In this document: one piece after another, positions 31,825 through 39,217 of the stretch
Numbering within the stretch: the first letter of the stretch is position 1
Layout: every line of letters starts with the position of its first letter
Virus record (IMG/VR): IMGVR_UViG_3300029580_000011
DNA: 41,412 bases
Origin: a virus
Reading direction: 5' to 3' (one strand)
The notes under the pieces: generated by a model
Database searches by the model: none
What the model was told of the DNA's origin: nothing
The model's input: only the letters and a program-made list of their open reading frames with translations
Made by a program: the position numbers and the translations under genes

Positions 31825-32226
31825 ATGCTGGATAAACTGAATCACCTGAAGGATGAGATGTGCGACGAGCTCATGGAGCTGACCGACAAAAAGAACCGAT
31901 CACCGGGCGATGTTGAGATGATCGGCGAGATCGTGGACATCATTTTGGACATTCACCGCATTGAGGATTACTGCGAGGGCGGCGAGTACAGCCGAACAGG
32001 CGAGTGGGAAGCTGACATGCGCGGGACTTTCGGCCACGATGCCGGAAACGGTTACACCCGGGGCAACAGCTACGCCAACCGTGGCCGTCACTATGTGCGC
32101 GGGCATTACTCCCGCACGGATGGCCGTGAGCGCATGATCTCTGACATCGAGGACATGATGCAGGACGCCACCGGCGCAGAGCGAGACGCTTACAAACGCG
32201 CGGCGGACATTCTGCGCAATGCATAA
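31825..32226 (+). CDS. hypothetical protein (133 aa) with R/G/Y-rich centre
   Basis: Track ORF. Central region GNGYTRGNSYANRGRHYVRGHYSRTDGR. Confidence 0.6.
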   Translation: MLDKLNHLKDEMCDELMELTDKKNRSPGDVEMIGEIVDIILDIHRIEDYCEGGEYSRTGEWEADMRGTFGHDAGNGYTRGNSYANRGRHYVRGHYSRTDGRERMISDIEDMMQDATGAERDAYKRAADILRNA

Positions 32227-32244
32227 GTGAGGAGGGTGGCAAGT

Positions 32245-32577
32245 ATGGACATCGACGAGATCAATGACCACATCCACAAGCTTAAATGCGGCTCGACCGA
32301 CTGGCAGAGCGTGGAGAAGCTTGCCGCCCTCTGCACTGTGAGAAATGAGCTGGAAGAAAAGCAGGCGCCGGCAGAAATGCAGACTCAAGCGCTGCCTCCC
32401 ACGTCGTACCCGGCGGCATACTCCACAAAAGCAAATCCGCAAAGCGAGTTCGTGGAAGCGGCCAGCGCCGCGCCCTTTGGCGGCTTGATGGAAGTGCTTG
32501 ATGAGCACATGAGCGCCATAAAGCTCGCATACCCGAAAGAGTATGAGTTAGTCATGCGGAAGATAACCGCATTGTAA
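32245..32577 (+). CDS. hypothetical protein (110 aa)
   Basis: ATG 8 nt after GAGGAGGG. Confidence 0.55.
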   Translation: MDIDEINDHIHKLKCGSTDWQSVEKLAALCTVRNELEEKQAPAEMQTQALPPTSYPAAYSTKANPQSEFVEAASAAPFGGLMEVLDEHMSAIKLAYPKEYELVMRKITAL

Positions 32578-32698
32578 AACGACACAAAATGTGTTATTTT
32601 TACATGCAGCCAAAACTTGAAAAGCTGAATTTTTGAGTTTGATAAGCTGACATGTGGCTAACAAATTTGACTTTATTCTCGATAAAACGCAAAATAAA

Positions 32699-32748
32699 AC
32701 TGATTTGTAATCAGTGGGTTGCAGGTTCAACTCCTGTCACCAGCTCCA
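32699..32748 (+). other. attP core: 3' half of tRNA-Thr(TGT), from the anticodon stem to CCA
   Basis: actga-TTTGTAA-tcagt-gggtt-gcagg-TTCAACT-cctgt-caccagc-t-cca. No D arm or 5' acceptor lies upstream. It is adjacent to the integrase gene. Confidence 0.7.
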
Positions 32749-32755
32749 AAAATAA

Positions 32756-32799
32756 ACGCACGAACGATGAAAACAAATCGTCCGTGCGTTTTGTTTTTT
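32756..32799 (+). terminator. Rho-independent terminator after the tRNA fragment
   Basis: 13-bp stem (one mismatch) acgcacgaacgat/atcgtccgtgcgt, followed by tttgtttttt. Confidence 0.7.
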
Positions 32800-32834
32800 G
32801 CTTGAAATGCCCTAAAATCTCCTGAATGAACGTG

Positions 32835-32858
32835 ACAATCTAACAAACAATCTAACAA
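32835..32858. repeat. tandem 12-mer acaatctaacaa x2 (candidate integrase arm-type sites)
   Basis: Perfect tandem copies at 32835-46 and 32847-58, between attP and the 3' end of int. Confidence 0.5.
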
Positions 32859-32859
32859 A

Positions 32860-33993
32860 TCAATACTTCATCTTTTGCATTTCCCGCAATAGATAATCCG
32901 GGTCGTTGTGGGAGACGTACTTGTTGGCTGTGGTGGAAAAATTTTTGTGGCCCAAGATGGCCTGTACGGCGGTCTTTTCCAGGCCGCACTCCACCATCTT
33001 GCTGCTGGCCGTGTGGCGCAGCGTATGCGGATGTACCCCCTCTATGTGGCACTCCTGCATCAAGGCCCGAAACTTTGTAGCCACGTTGCGCTTGTCCAGC
33101 TTTGTACCGGCTTTGGACGGTATCAGCCATTCACACCCGCTGTCCAGCATCCAAAAGGCAATGATCTTGTAAACGGGCTCAAGGATGGGGATAATGCGGT
33201 TTTTGCCCGCCTCGGTCTTTTCGCCGCCCTGCATATACCGCTCTTTTAGATGCACATCGTCGCAGCGTATGGAGAGCAGCTCATCGATACGCATACCGGT
33301 GTAGAGCAGCACCATTGCGATTTGTGCTGTCTGCCCAAGCTTCGGGTCGTCTTGTCGGCTGCTTATCTGCTCTATCTCTTGAGCGGTCAAGGTGCGCTCT
33401 GCCTTGCCTGTAGCCGCTGGGAGCTGCAAGAGCATGGCATAGTTTTTGTTTATGATGTCCTGAGCCATTGCCCACTCGCAGATCTGGCTGAAAAGTGTGC
33501 GCTGCTTTTCGCATGAGCTGCGGGAGAGGCCCTTTTCCACCATCTGGTCAATCACCTGTTGATAGTCTGCGGCTTTTAAGTCCCGAAGCTGTCGGTCATA
33601 CAGCGGCGCAGCCTTTGCATAAGCCAGCTCATAACCCTTTTTCATGTCAGTGCTAAGCTTGTCAAATTTGGGCTGAGCTTTCCATTGGGCATAGGCATCC
33701 GCAAAAGTGCATTTCAGACGCGCTGCGGGGGTGTTCTGGGCGTTGTAAGCGTCCAGTGCTTGTACTGCTTCGCCCGGCGTCGCAAACGTCCCCAGAACGT
33801 CTCGCTTGGCTGTCAGGGCCACATACGGCTTTGACCTCGTCCCGCTCAACTTATATACACTGCCGCTGCCCTTTGGGCGGCGGCGCTTTTTTCTTTGCTG
33901 CGGGGCTGCTTCGGGCTGCTTCTTGCCGCAGTAGGGGCAAAAAGATGCATCGTCCGGTATTTCCCGACGGCAGCAGGCGCGAATGCACTTCAA
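32860..33993 (-). CDS. int: tyrosine integrase with N-terminal zinc ribbon and AP2-like DNA-binding domain
   Basis: TGMRIDELL, HTLRHT, LGH and a C-terminal Y fit R..HxxR..Y. N-terminal CCRREIPDDASFCPYCG. Confidence 0.9.
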   Translation of the reverse strand: MKCIRACCRREIPDDASFCPYCGKKQPEAAPQQRKKRRRPKGSGSVYKLSGTRSKPYVALTAKRDVLGTFATPGEAVQALDAYNAQNTPAARLKCTFADAYAQWKAQPKFDKLSTDMKKGYELAYAKAAPLYDRQLRDLKAADYQQVIDQMVEKGLSRSSCEKQRTLFSQICEWAMAQDIINKNYAMLLQLPAATGKAERTLTAQEIEQISSRQDDPKLGQTAQIAMVLLYTGMRIDELLSIRCDDVHLKERYMQGGEKTEAGKNRIIPILEPVYKIIAFWMLDSGCEWLIPSKAGTKLDKRNVATKFRALMQECHIEGVHPHTLRHTASSKMVECGLEKTAVQAILGHKNFSTTANKYVSHNDPDYLLREMQKMKY

Positions 33994-34583
33994 AGCTCTT
34001 CACCTCGCTTTGCGGTATAGTCGGCCTCGCCGCTCTTCGCGGCCTCTTTTCCCGCCTGGTATGCCGACTGCAACAGACTCACCGGGGGCTGGACTTCCCA
34101 CGGGATCGGGTCTGTCCCTGTAGCCACGGCGAACCCGTAGTTGTCCAGTATTTGGCCGCAGACGGATACCTTGTTTTGCAAGGGAGTGTGCAGGTTTGCG
34201 CACACCTCAGCAAACACCGCCGGTGGATAGCTGCCATGTCGGCCCAAAAGGATAAACAGCACCATCTCTTTTACAATTCGCGGCGCTGTGCGAAAGTATC
34301 CCGTAAGCATCTCATCCAGCTCTTCGTCTGATTTGCGCTGTATGGGTTCTTTGTAAAGCTCTGGGTGCAGCATTTCTTGCATGGCGGGGAGCGGAGAAGT
34401 CCCGCAAGCCTCAAACCAGTCCATTATCTTGTCGGCCGGTGGGCTGGACGCCCCACACTCCCAGCTCTGGACCGTAGCCTTTCCCTTGTTGATACGGCGG
34501 GCCATGTCGACTTGGCTCAAGCCTGCCGAGACTCTGGCCCGCGCCAATGCGACACCAAGCTTTTCCGCAGTAAAGTAGCTCAT
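33990..34583 (-). CDS. XRE-family HTH regulator with C-terminal domain (197 aa), co-transcribed with int
   Basis: HTH segment GLSQVDMARRINKGKATVQSWECG. ATG 8 nt after GAGGT. 4-nt overlap with the int start. Confidence 0.8.
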   Translation of the reverse strand: MSYFTAEKLGVALARARVSAGLSQVDMARRINKGKATVQSWECGASSPPADKIMDWFEACGTSPLPAMQEMLHPELYKEPIQRKSDEELDEMLTGYFRTAPRIVKEMVLFILLGRHGSYPPAVFAEVCANLHTPLQNKVSVCGQILDNYGFAVATGTDPIPWEVQPPVSLLQSAYQAGKEAAKSGEADYTAKRGEEL

Positions 34584-34628
34584 CAATTATAACCTCACAA
34601 ATTTCCATGCCATAAAAGCAAAAAGTGA

Positions 34629-34645
34629 CATGGGGAAAACCCATG
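34629..34645. promoter_or_regulatory. inverted repeat catggg-gaaaa-cccatg (candidate operator)
   Basis: 6-bp arms in the divergent intergenic region. ccatgcca also occurs twice (34606 and 34641). Confidence 0.3.
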
Positions 34646-34667
34646 CCACTCGACAGAACAGAAGTCC

Positions 34668-34695
34668 TTCAAGTTTTCCCATAAAATGGTAAAAT
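34668..34695 (+). promoter_or_regulatory. candidate extended -10 promoter (TTCAAG-16-TGgTAAAAT)
   Basis: Sequence match about 45 nt upstream of ATG 34741. Confidence 0.4.
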
Positions 34696-34740
34696 CTAAA
34701 ACAAGTTGGACAAATTGAACAAAAACAGAGGTGAAATAAA

Positions 34741-34851
34741 ATGGATTTCGAGCAAAGAAACGGCAAAGAAAACGAAATGACCATCATCGACGGGATGCCT
34801 GCCACCATTTTGACCGGCACGACCCGAACACCTGAACCTTGGGAGGACTAA
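34741..34851 (+). CDS. possible micro-ORF (36 aa)
   Basis: ATG 7 nt after GAGGTG. Its stop is 2 nt before the next ATG. Confidence 0.35.
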   Translation: MDFEQRNGKENEMTIIDGMPATILTGTTRTPEPWED

Positions 34852-34853
34852 AG

Positions 34854-35063
34854 ATGGACAAGATGAAGCTGTTTTGCACCCACATCCGCGCCGCGCTGGC
34901 CTGCTACGAGGATATGCCGCCCGAGGGGCAGGCCCGGGCCTGCCTTTATGTAACCCGCAAGGCAAAGTCTGTTCAGGCTCTCCACGCCGCAGCAGACGCA
35001 CCCGGCGGGGATCTGGCCGGGGAGCTGTTGCAAAAAATGCAACAACCGACTAACCACGAATAA
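34854..35063 (+). CDS. hypothetical protein (69 aa), divergent from the XRE/int operon
   Basis: ATG after GGGAGGA. Internal start of track ORF 34839. Confidence 0.45.
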   Translation: MDKMKLFCTHIRAALACYEDMPPEGQARACLYVTRKAKSVQALHAAADAPGGDLAGELLQKMQQPTNHE

Positions 35064-35232
35064 TATCGCGCATATTTTGCACGTTGTTCGCGCAAAACGC
35101 GCGTATTTAGCAAAAAGTCAGCGTAAATTTCAGCGATTCAGCGCAAATACTAAATTTTTCGCGCATTTTTGCGCGATTAAACGCGCTTGACGCATTACAA
35201 TCAACGGTTGTATAATGCGGTTGTAAACGCGT
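35064..35232. repeat. CpG-in-AT intergenic repeat field
   Basis: TCAGCG x3 (35118, 35130, 35138). cgcgc/gcgcg hairpin at 35089-35103. cgcgca-tttt-tgcgcg at 35160-35175. aacgcgtt at 35226-35233. Confidence 0.7.
35187..35216 (+). promoter_or_regulatory. promoter-like TTGACG-18-TATAAT facing into the 3' end of the convergent operon
   Basis: -35 at 35187-92 and -10 at 35211-16. The predicted start lies about 10 nt before the stop codon (35233-35) of the minus-strand gene. Confidence 0.45.
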
Positions 35233-35964
35233 TCACGCATTTGCACGGTACATAACCTCAAGCCCCTGATCTGGATGATAGGTCCAAGAGACTGTCACGT
35301 CGTCAAAAGACTCTTTCTGTCTGCCATCCAAAGCGCGAGTCTGGCACATCTCTTGATAAAGCCAGTCCGGAAGACCAAGCGCGGCATTTGTTAATTGTAT
35401 ATGCTCTAATCCGAGGTCGTTGAAGAAAATAGAGCCGCCGTTGGTATTGAGCGGGTTCGAGTCAAGCGTCAAATAAGAGCCATCGTCCGAAGCCGAAGCG
35501 GTCACATCGTCGTAAAGCTCGCCAAAAAGCTTAAAATTCGGCGCCGTGCCAGCATGATAAAGCAACGGAGCAACATAATTATCTAAACGGTATAGATTGT
35601 TTCCTTTTTCGCCGCTCTGAACTTCCCAATATGCTTCGATAACGGGAGAGCCATCATCGGCCATTCGACGATACATTCCCTTAAGAGCAAGGTCTTTATC
35701 TTCGAAAGCTGCTCTAAAGTAATCATACAAATCTTCTTTGACGGCTGCATATTTGCGCTCGCCATTATTTACAACAGAAAAGCATTTGTAGTTTACTTTC
35801 CCATTGTCAGAAGTATAAGTAAAGAAATAGCCAAAATCGGTATGTCCGGAAAATTCAACGGCCTGCCCATTTTTGTACTTTACATCATCCGCAAAAGCAG
35901 TCATGGCAAAAGGGATGGACAAAGCCGCAGTCAAACCAAGCGCAAGAAATGTTCTTCTTTTCAT
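35233..35964 (-). CDS. secreted protein of unknown function (243 aa)
   Basis: Signal peptide MKRRTFLALGLTAALSIPFAMTAFA/DD. AT-rich relative to the backbone. Confidence 0.75.
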   Translation of the reverse strand: MKRRTFLALGLTAALSIPFAMTAFADDVKYKNGQAVEFSGHTDFGYFFTYTSDNGKVNYKCFSVVNNGERKYAAVKEDLYDYFRAAFEDKDLALKGMYRRMADDGSPVIEAYWEVQSGEKGNNLYRLDNYVAPLLYHAGTAPNFKLFGELYDDVTASASDDGSYLTLDSNPLNTNGGSIFFNDLGLEHIQLTNAALGLPDWLYQEMCQTRALDGRQKESFDDVTVSWTYHPDQGLEVMYRANA

Positions 35965-35967
35965 GAT

Positions 35968-37221
35968 TTATACCTCACTTTTCATTTCTTCTCTAGCTTT
36001 TTCAAGCTTTTCGAACTCGTCTTGAATGATTGATTTCAAATCATCGTTAAAATTTTGCGTAATCAAGTCAAGAGAGCTTTTCCAACGCTGGTTAGAGTTC
36101 AGACGGCCACGGTCTGTTTTTAATGAGCAGATTTTATCCATCTGAGCGCTGGACGAATTTTCAACCACAATCGAAAACAGCTCTTTGGTGTGCGTTTCGA
36201 CACTCCATAAAAGTAACGAAGGACTGTAGTTGAATTTTGCACCGTGCATCTCTGCGGCAGAAAGCTGTTTCAAATCTTTTTTGATAAAATCAATTTTATC
36301 AAAAAAATCAGTTACATCTTTTAAGCGCTCAATGGATAGAAAATTGTCCAGAACGCACCGCATTACAGCTTGCAAATATCCGACAGGAAGTTTGTTTGCA
36401 TAAGATGTGTCTATGCTCAAAGCCGCGGCTGTACGGCTCAACCCATCACGAAAACCAAGCTCGTTCCAGTTCAAGGAGGCGGATTCAAGCTTTTTTCTGT
36501 ATTTATCCACATCGATTCCGACGGCTTTGAGTTTTGCATCTTCCTCGGCTTTTTTGTGAGCCTTGTATTCGTCAATCTCGCGCCATATCTGATAGACGAC
36601 ATCTTCCCAGTTACGCGGGTCTCCTCCCGCAAGACGCCGATTGATACCCCAAACCGAAAAATCATCGGAAGCTTCAAGGTTATCAACCGTCATTCCGGGG
36701 GCGTTTCTCATATAAACTACATAAAAATTGTCATTTACTTCTTGCTCTCCAAGCTCTGTCGGTTTGTATTTTCCGTTTTCCTGCATCTGGATAAAACCTC
36801 TCTTTTCGAGAGATTCCAGATAAAAGTTGACGTTCTTCATACCGTATTCAAACCACCAGAAGCCCGGATACCGGCGCTTTGGGTTCGGATAATCACCAAA
36901 AGAGCAATAATGTATCAGTGCAATTTCGCCAACATACAGCCCTCTAGGGGACGGATAAGAGGTTTTCTTGCGCTCCGCAAAAGACTGTATCCGTAACATC
37001 CCGTTTTTAGCATTGAGCGAAAATGATGGGACAAAATCGGTGTAATATTCCGGTTTTTCGTAAAAACAGCGCTCTGACTCTGGGATTGGCGGTTCATCAA
37101 CAAAAGGCCTGGAAAGCTCGTTTTCTTCCGTTTTGGGATTTTCTGCCGCTGTATCAGGTTTGCTTTCTGGTTTTGCTTCAGAGGCAGGCTTTTTCCCAAA
37201 GACCAGAGACAAAAGCCCCAT
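35968..37221 (-). CDS. hypothetical cytoplasmic protein (417 aa)
   Basis: ATG 37221 sits 7 nt after GAGGTG. AT-rich. Ends 3 nt before the next gene. Confidence 0.75.
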   Translation of the reverse strand: MGLLSLVFGKKPASEAKPESKPDTAAENPKTEENELSRPFVDEPPIPESERCFYEKPEYYTDFVPSFSLNAKNGMLRIQSFAERKKTSYPSPRGLYVGEIALIHYCSFGDYPNPKRRYPGFWWFEYGMKNVNFYLESLEKRGFIQMQENGKYKPTELGEQEVNDNFYVVYMRNAPGMTVDNLEASDDFSVWGINRRLAGGDPRNWEDVVYQIWREIDEYKAHKKAEEDAKLKAVGIDVDKYRKKLESASLNWNELGFRDGLSRTAAALSIDTSYANKLPVGYLQAVMRCVLDNFLSIERLKDVTDFFDKIDFIKKDLKQLSAAEMHGAKFNYSPSLLLWSVETHTKELFSIVVENSSSAQMDKICSLKTDRGRLNSNQRWKSSLDLITQNFNDDLKSIIQDEFEKLEKAREEMKSEV

Positions 37222-37272
37222 ACCGCAACACCTCACACATATTAAATTTTACATTACATAGGAGGCATCAGA

Positions 37273-37386
37273 ATGAACACCACAGACCGACAAGGCTACA
37301 TTGACGCAATTATCAAGTTGCTGGAAAGGGCAGACCTGCGCAAGCTGCGCCTGGTCTGGGTTTACGCCAGCAGGCTGATTAAATAA
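37273..37386 (+). CDS. possible micro-ORF (37 aa)
   Basis: ATG 7 nt after AGGAGG. MNTTDRQGYIDAIIKLLERADLRKLRLVWVYASRLIK. Followed by the bidirectional terminator. Confidence 0.35.
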   Translation: MNTTDRQGYIDAIIKLLERADLRKLRLVWVYASRLIK

Positions 37387-37403
37387 ATCAAGGTAGCAAA
37401 AGA

Positions 37404-37436
37404 AGGGGAACCCTTACGGGTTTCCCTCTTTTTTTT
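37404..37436. terminator. bidirectional terminator overlapping the stop codon of the repressor gene
   Basis: 10-bp stem aggggaaccc/gggtttccct with loop ttac (contains the TAA of the minus-strand gene). T run on the + strand, A run upstream. Confidence 0.7.
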
Positions 37437-37794
37437 GCAGCTTTCTCGCCATCCGCTCAAGAAATTTCCAGTCTTCGGGCTCCAGCTCGGCCAGAACTTC
37501 CACAAACTGCCGTTTGAAGCTGTCTTCTTCGTTCGCCGTAATGTCAGCGAGGAAAGCAGCCAGCTTCTCCGACTGGGTGATCTGGTTGAACATCTCTCCT
37601 TCACCGGTCCGCAGCCACGTCTCGTTGACGTTGAACTCACGGCAGATGTCGGAGATCGTTCGGTCGCTTGGCTCCACTACGTTTACTTCGTAGCTGCCAA
37701 CTGTATTTCTTTTGAGGTTCAGTCTGTCTGCAAAGGCTTGCTGCGTCAAGTTAATCTGCTTCCGCAGTTCCTTGACTCGTTCGCCGATTGTCAT
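37414..37794 (-). CDS. CI-like XRE-family repressor (126 aa)
   Basis: HTH segment TIGERVKELRKQINLTQQAFADRLNLKRNTVGSYE. ATG 8 nt after GGAGG. Divergent from the early operon. Confidence 0.85.
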   Translation of the reverse strand: MTIGERVKELRKQINLTQQAFADRLNLKRNTVGSYEVNVVEPSDRTISDICREFNVNETWLRTGEGEMFNQITQSEKLAAFLADITANEEDSFKRQFVEVLAELEPEDWKFLERMARKLQKKEGNP

Positions 37795-37815
37795 GGAGCT
37801 CACCTCCGTGACCTT

Positions 37816-37844
37816 ATTATAGCACAGCGCAAAATGGAAGTCAA
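37816..37844 (-). promoter_or_regulatory. repressor promoter TTGACT-17-TATAAT
   Basis: On the minus strand, -35 = 37844-37839 and -10 = 37821-37816. Confidence 0.6.
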
Positions 37845-37877
37845 TGAATTTTGTTTAAGAAATCAACAAAAATACCC

Positions 37878-37906
37878 TTGACAAATGTTGTTTAATGACT
37901 TATACT
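37878..37906 (+). promoter_or_regulatory. early rightward promoter TTGACA-17-TATACT
   Basis: -35 at 37878-83 and -10 at 37901-06. Flanked by aatcaacaaa repeats (37861, 37915) and ttgtttaa repeats (37851, 37888). Confidence 0.7.
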
Positions 37907-37949
37907 TGTCATGTAATCAACAAACGCAAGCAAACAGGAGGCCTGAATC

Positions 37950-38126
37950 ATGAAACGCTATAAGGTGTACGTCTACAACACGGCTGATAGGTTCTGGGAC
38001 TGCTACGAGGTCCTTGCCGAGGACCCGGTGGACGCCCGGAACGTGGCGGTGCAGCGGTTGATCGACGAGACCGGGCATGGTCTGGACATCAACGAGCTGG
38101 CCGATGTGTGCGAAGTCAAAGAGTAA
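37950..38126 (+). CDS. first early gene (58 aa, Cro position; no HTH recognised)
   Basis: ATG 9 nt after AGGAGG. Below the track size cut-off. Confidence 0.5.
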   Translation: MKRYKVYVYNTADRFWDCYEVLAEDPVDARNVAVQRLIDETGHGLDINELADVCEVKE

Positions 38127-38140
38127 GGGAGGACTAAGGG

Positions 38141-38428
38141 ATGATGGACGTTTACGAGACCGCAGCTCGGGGCAGGCGCACCCGGGAAGTAGCTGATGCG
38201 GACAGCGTTAGTTATGTTGTACCCACAAGGGGTTACAACTGGTTCCGCTGGAAGGGATGCCGCCGGTCCGGCCAGTGGATTCACGGCGCGGAAGCCGAGA
38301 CGCATTGCGATGCACTACAAGTCTACGACAATGGCGCATGGCACCCGGTCGTTGCTTTTGCTTACGGTTATATAGGCCCGGCGGCGGACTACACCGTGGC
38401 CGGCGTGAAGATGTTTAAGGAGGCTTGA
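38141..38428 (+). CDS. hypothetical early protein (95 aa)
   Basis: Track ORF with GGGAGGA upstream. Confidence 0.55.
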   Translation: MMDVYETAARGRRTREVADADSVSYVVPTRGYNWFRWKGCRRSGQWIHGAEAETHCDALQVYDNGAWHPVVAFAYGYIGPAADYTVAGVKMFKEA

Positions 38429-38431
38429 ACC

Positions 38432-38677
38432 ATGGAAGAAGTAAAGAGCCGCCGTCACACTCTGACGGACGAAGAGGTAGAACAGCAAATTGCGCTGCTC
38501 CGGGATGACCCGGCCACGCGCCTGGCCCAGAAGGCCACCCGCGTGGCGTATCGCCGGCGCCGGTATCTGTATAACTTGCAGGCGGACAAGCGGCGAGGTA
38601 CACAGCTGCGCGAGGCTGGTATCACCTACAAGATGCTGGACGAGCAGGAAAAGCTCATGGGCAGAACGGAGGAATAA
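38432..38677 (+). CDS. hypothetical early protein (81 aa)
   Basis: Track ORF, basic and helical. Confidence 0.55.
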   Translation: MEEVKSRRHTLTDEEVEQQIALLRDDPATRLAQKATRVAYRRRRYLYNLQADKRRGTQLREAGITYKMLDEQEKLMGRTEE

Positions 38678-38680
38678 ACG

Positions 38681-38887
38681 ATGACCAAGACCAATTTTCG
38701 AAAGGCACTTGCAATCGCAGACCTCGGCAAGGCTTACACTTACACCGAACTCAGCCGAAACGGGAACCCAAACGAGTACCTTTTTCGGCGTGACCACGAT
38801 GGTTACACGCTCCGAAACGAGACCACCGGTTACACGGTCTTTATGGGCGAGAACCGCAAGTTTGCCGAAGAGATTATGGTACATTGA
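38681..38887 (+). CDS. hypothetical early protein (68 aa)
   Basis: Track ORF, tightly packed against its neighbours. Confidence 0.55.
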   Translation: MTKTNFRKALAIADLGKAYTYTELSRNGNPNEYLFRRDHDGYTLRNETTGYTVFMGENRKFAEEIMVH

Positions 38888-38980
38888 CCCGCCTGATGAT
38901 GGCCCTGTGGCAGGGGCCGAAACCACCCGGAAGCCAGCCGGGCAGGGTCGCGGGTGCCAACCGCAGAAGGAGTTGATTTT

Positions 38981-39187
38981 ATGGCAAAGACGAAGAAGAG
39001 CCGCACGGAGCTGGCAGCAGAGCGGTACAGCATCCCGGCAGATGGAGCACACGCAGCGGATACGCTTATCAACGTGCTGTTCGACGGCTTAGATCCGCAG
39101 GACAAGCTATCCCTGCTCTGGATGGGCATGGGCATGGCTGCGGTGCGTAAGAACGACCGCCAGACCGAGAACAACGGCGTGGCGTAA
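38981..39187 (+). CDS. hypothetical early protein (68 aa)
   Basis: ATG after AAGGAG. Internal start of track ORF 38954. Confidence 0.5.
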   Translation: MAKTKKSRTELAAERYSIPADGAHAADTLINVLFDGLDPQDKLSLLWMGMGMAAVRKNDRQTENNGVA

Positions 39188-39217
39188 GGACACAAACTTA
39201 TTTTGGAGGTTATCAAG

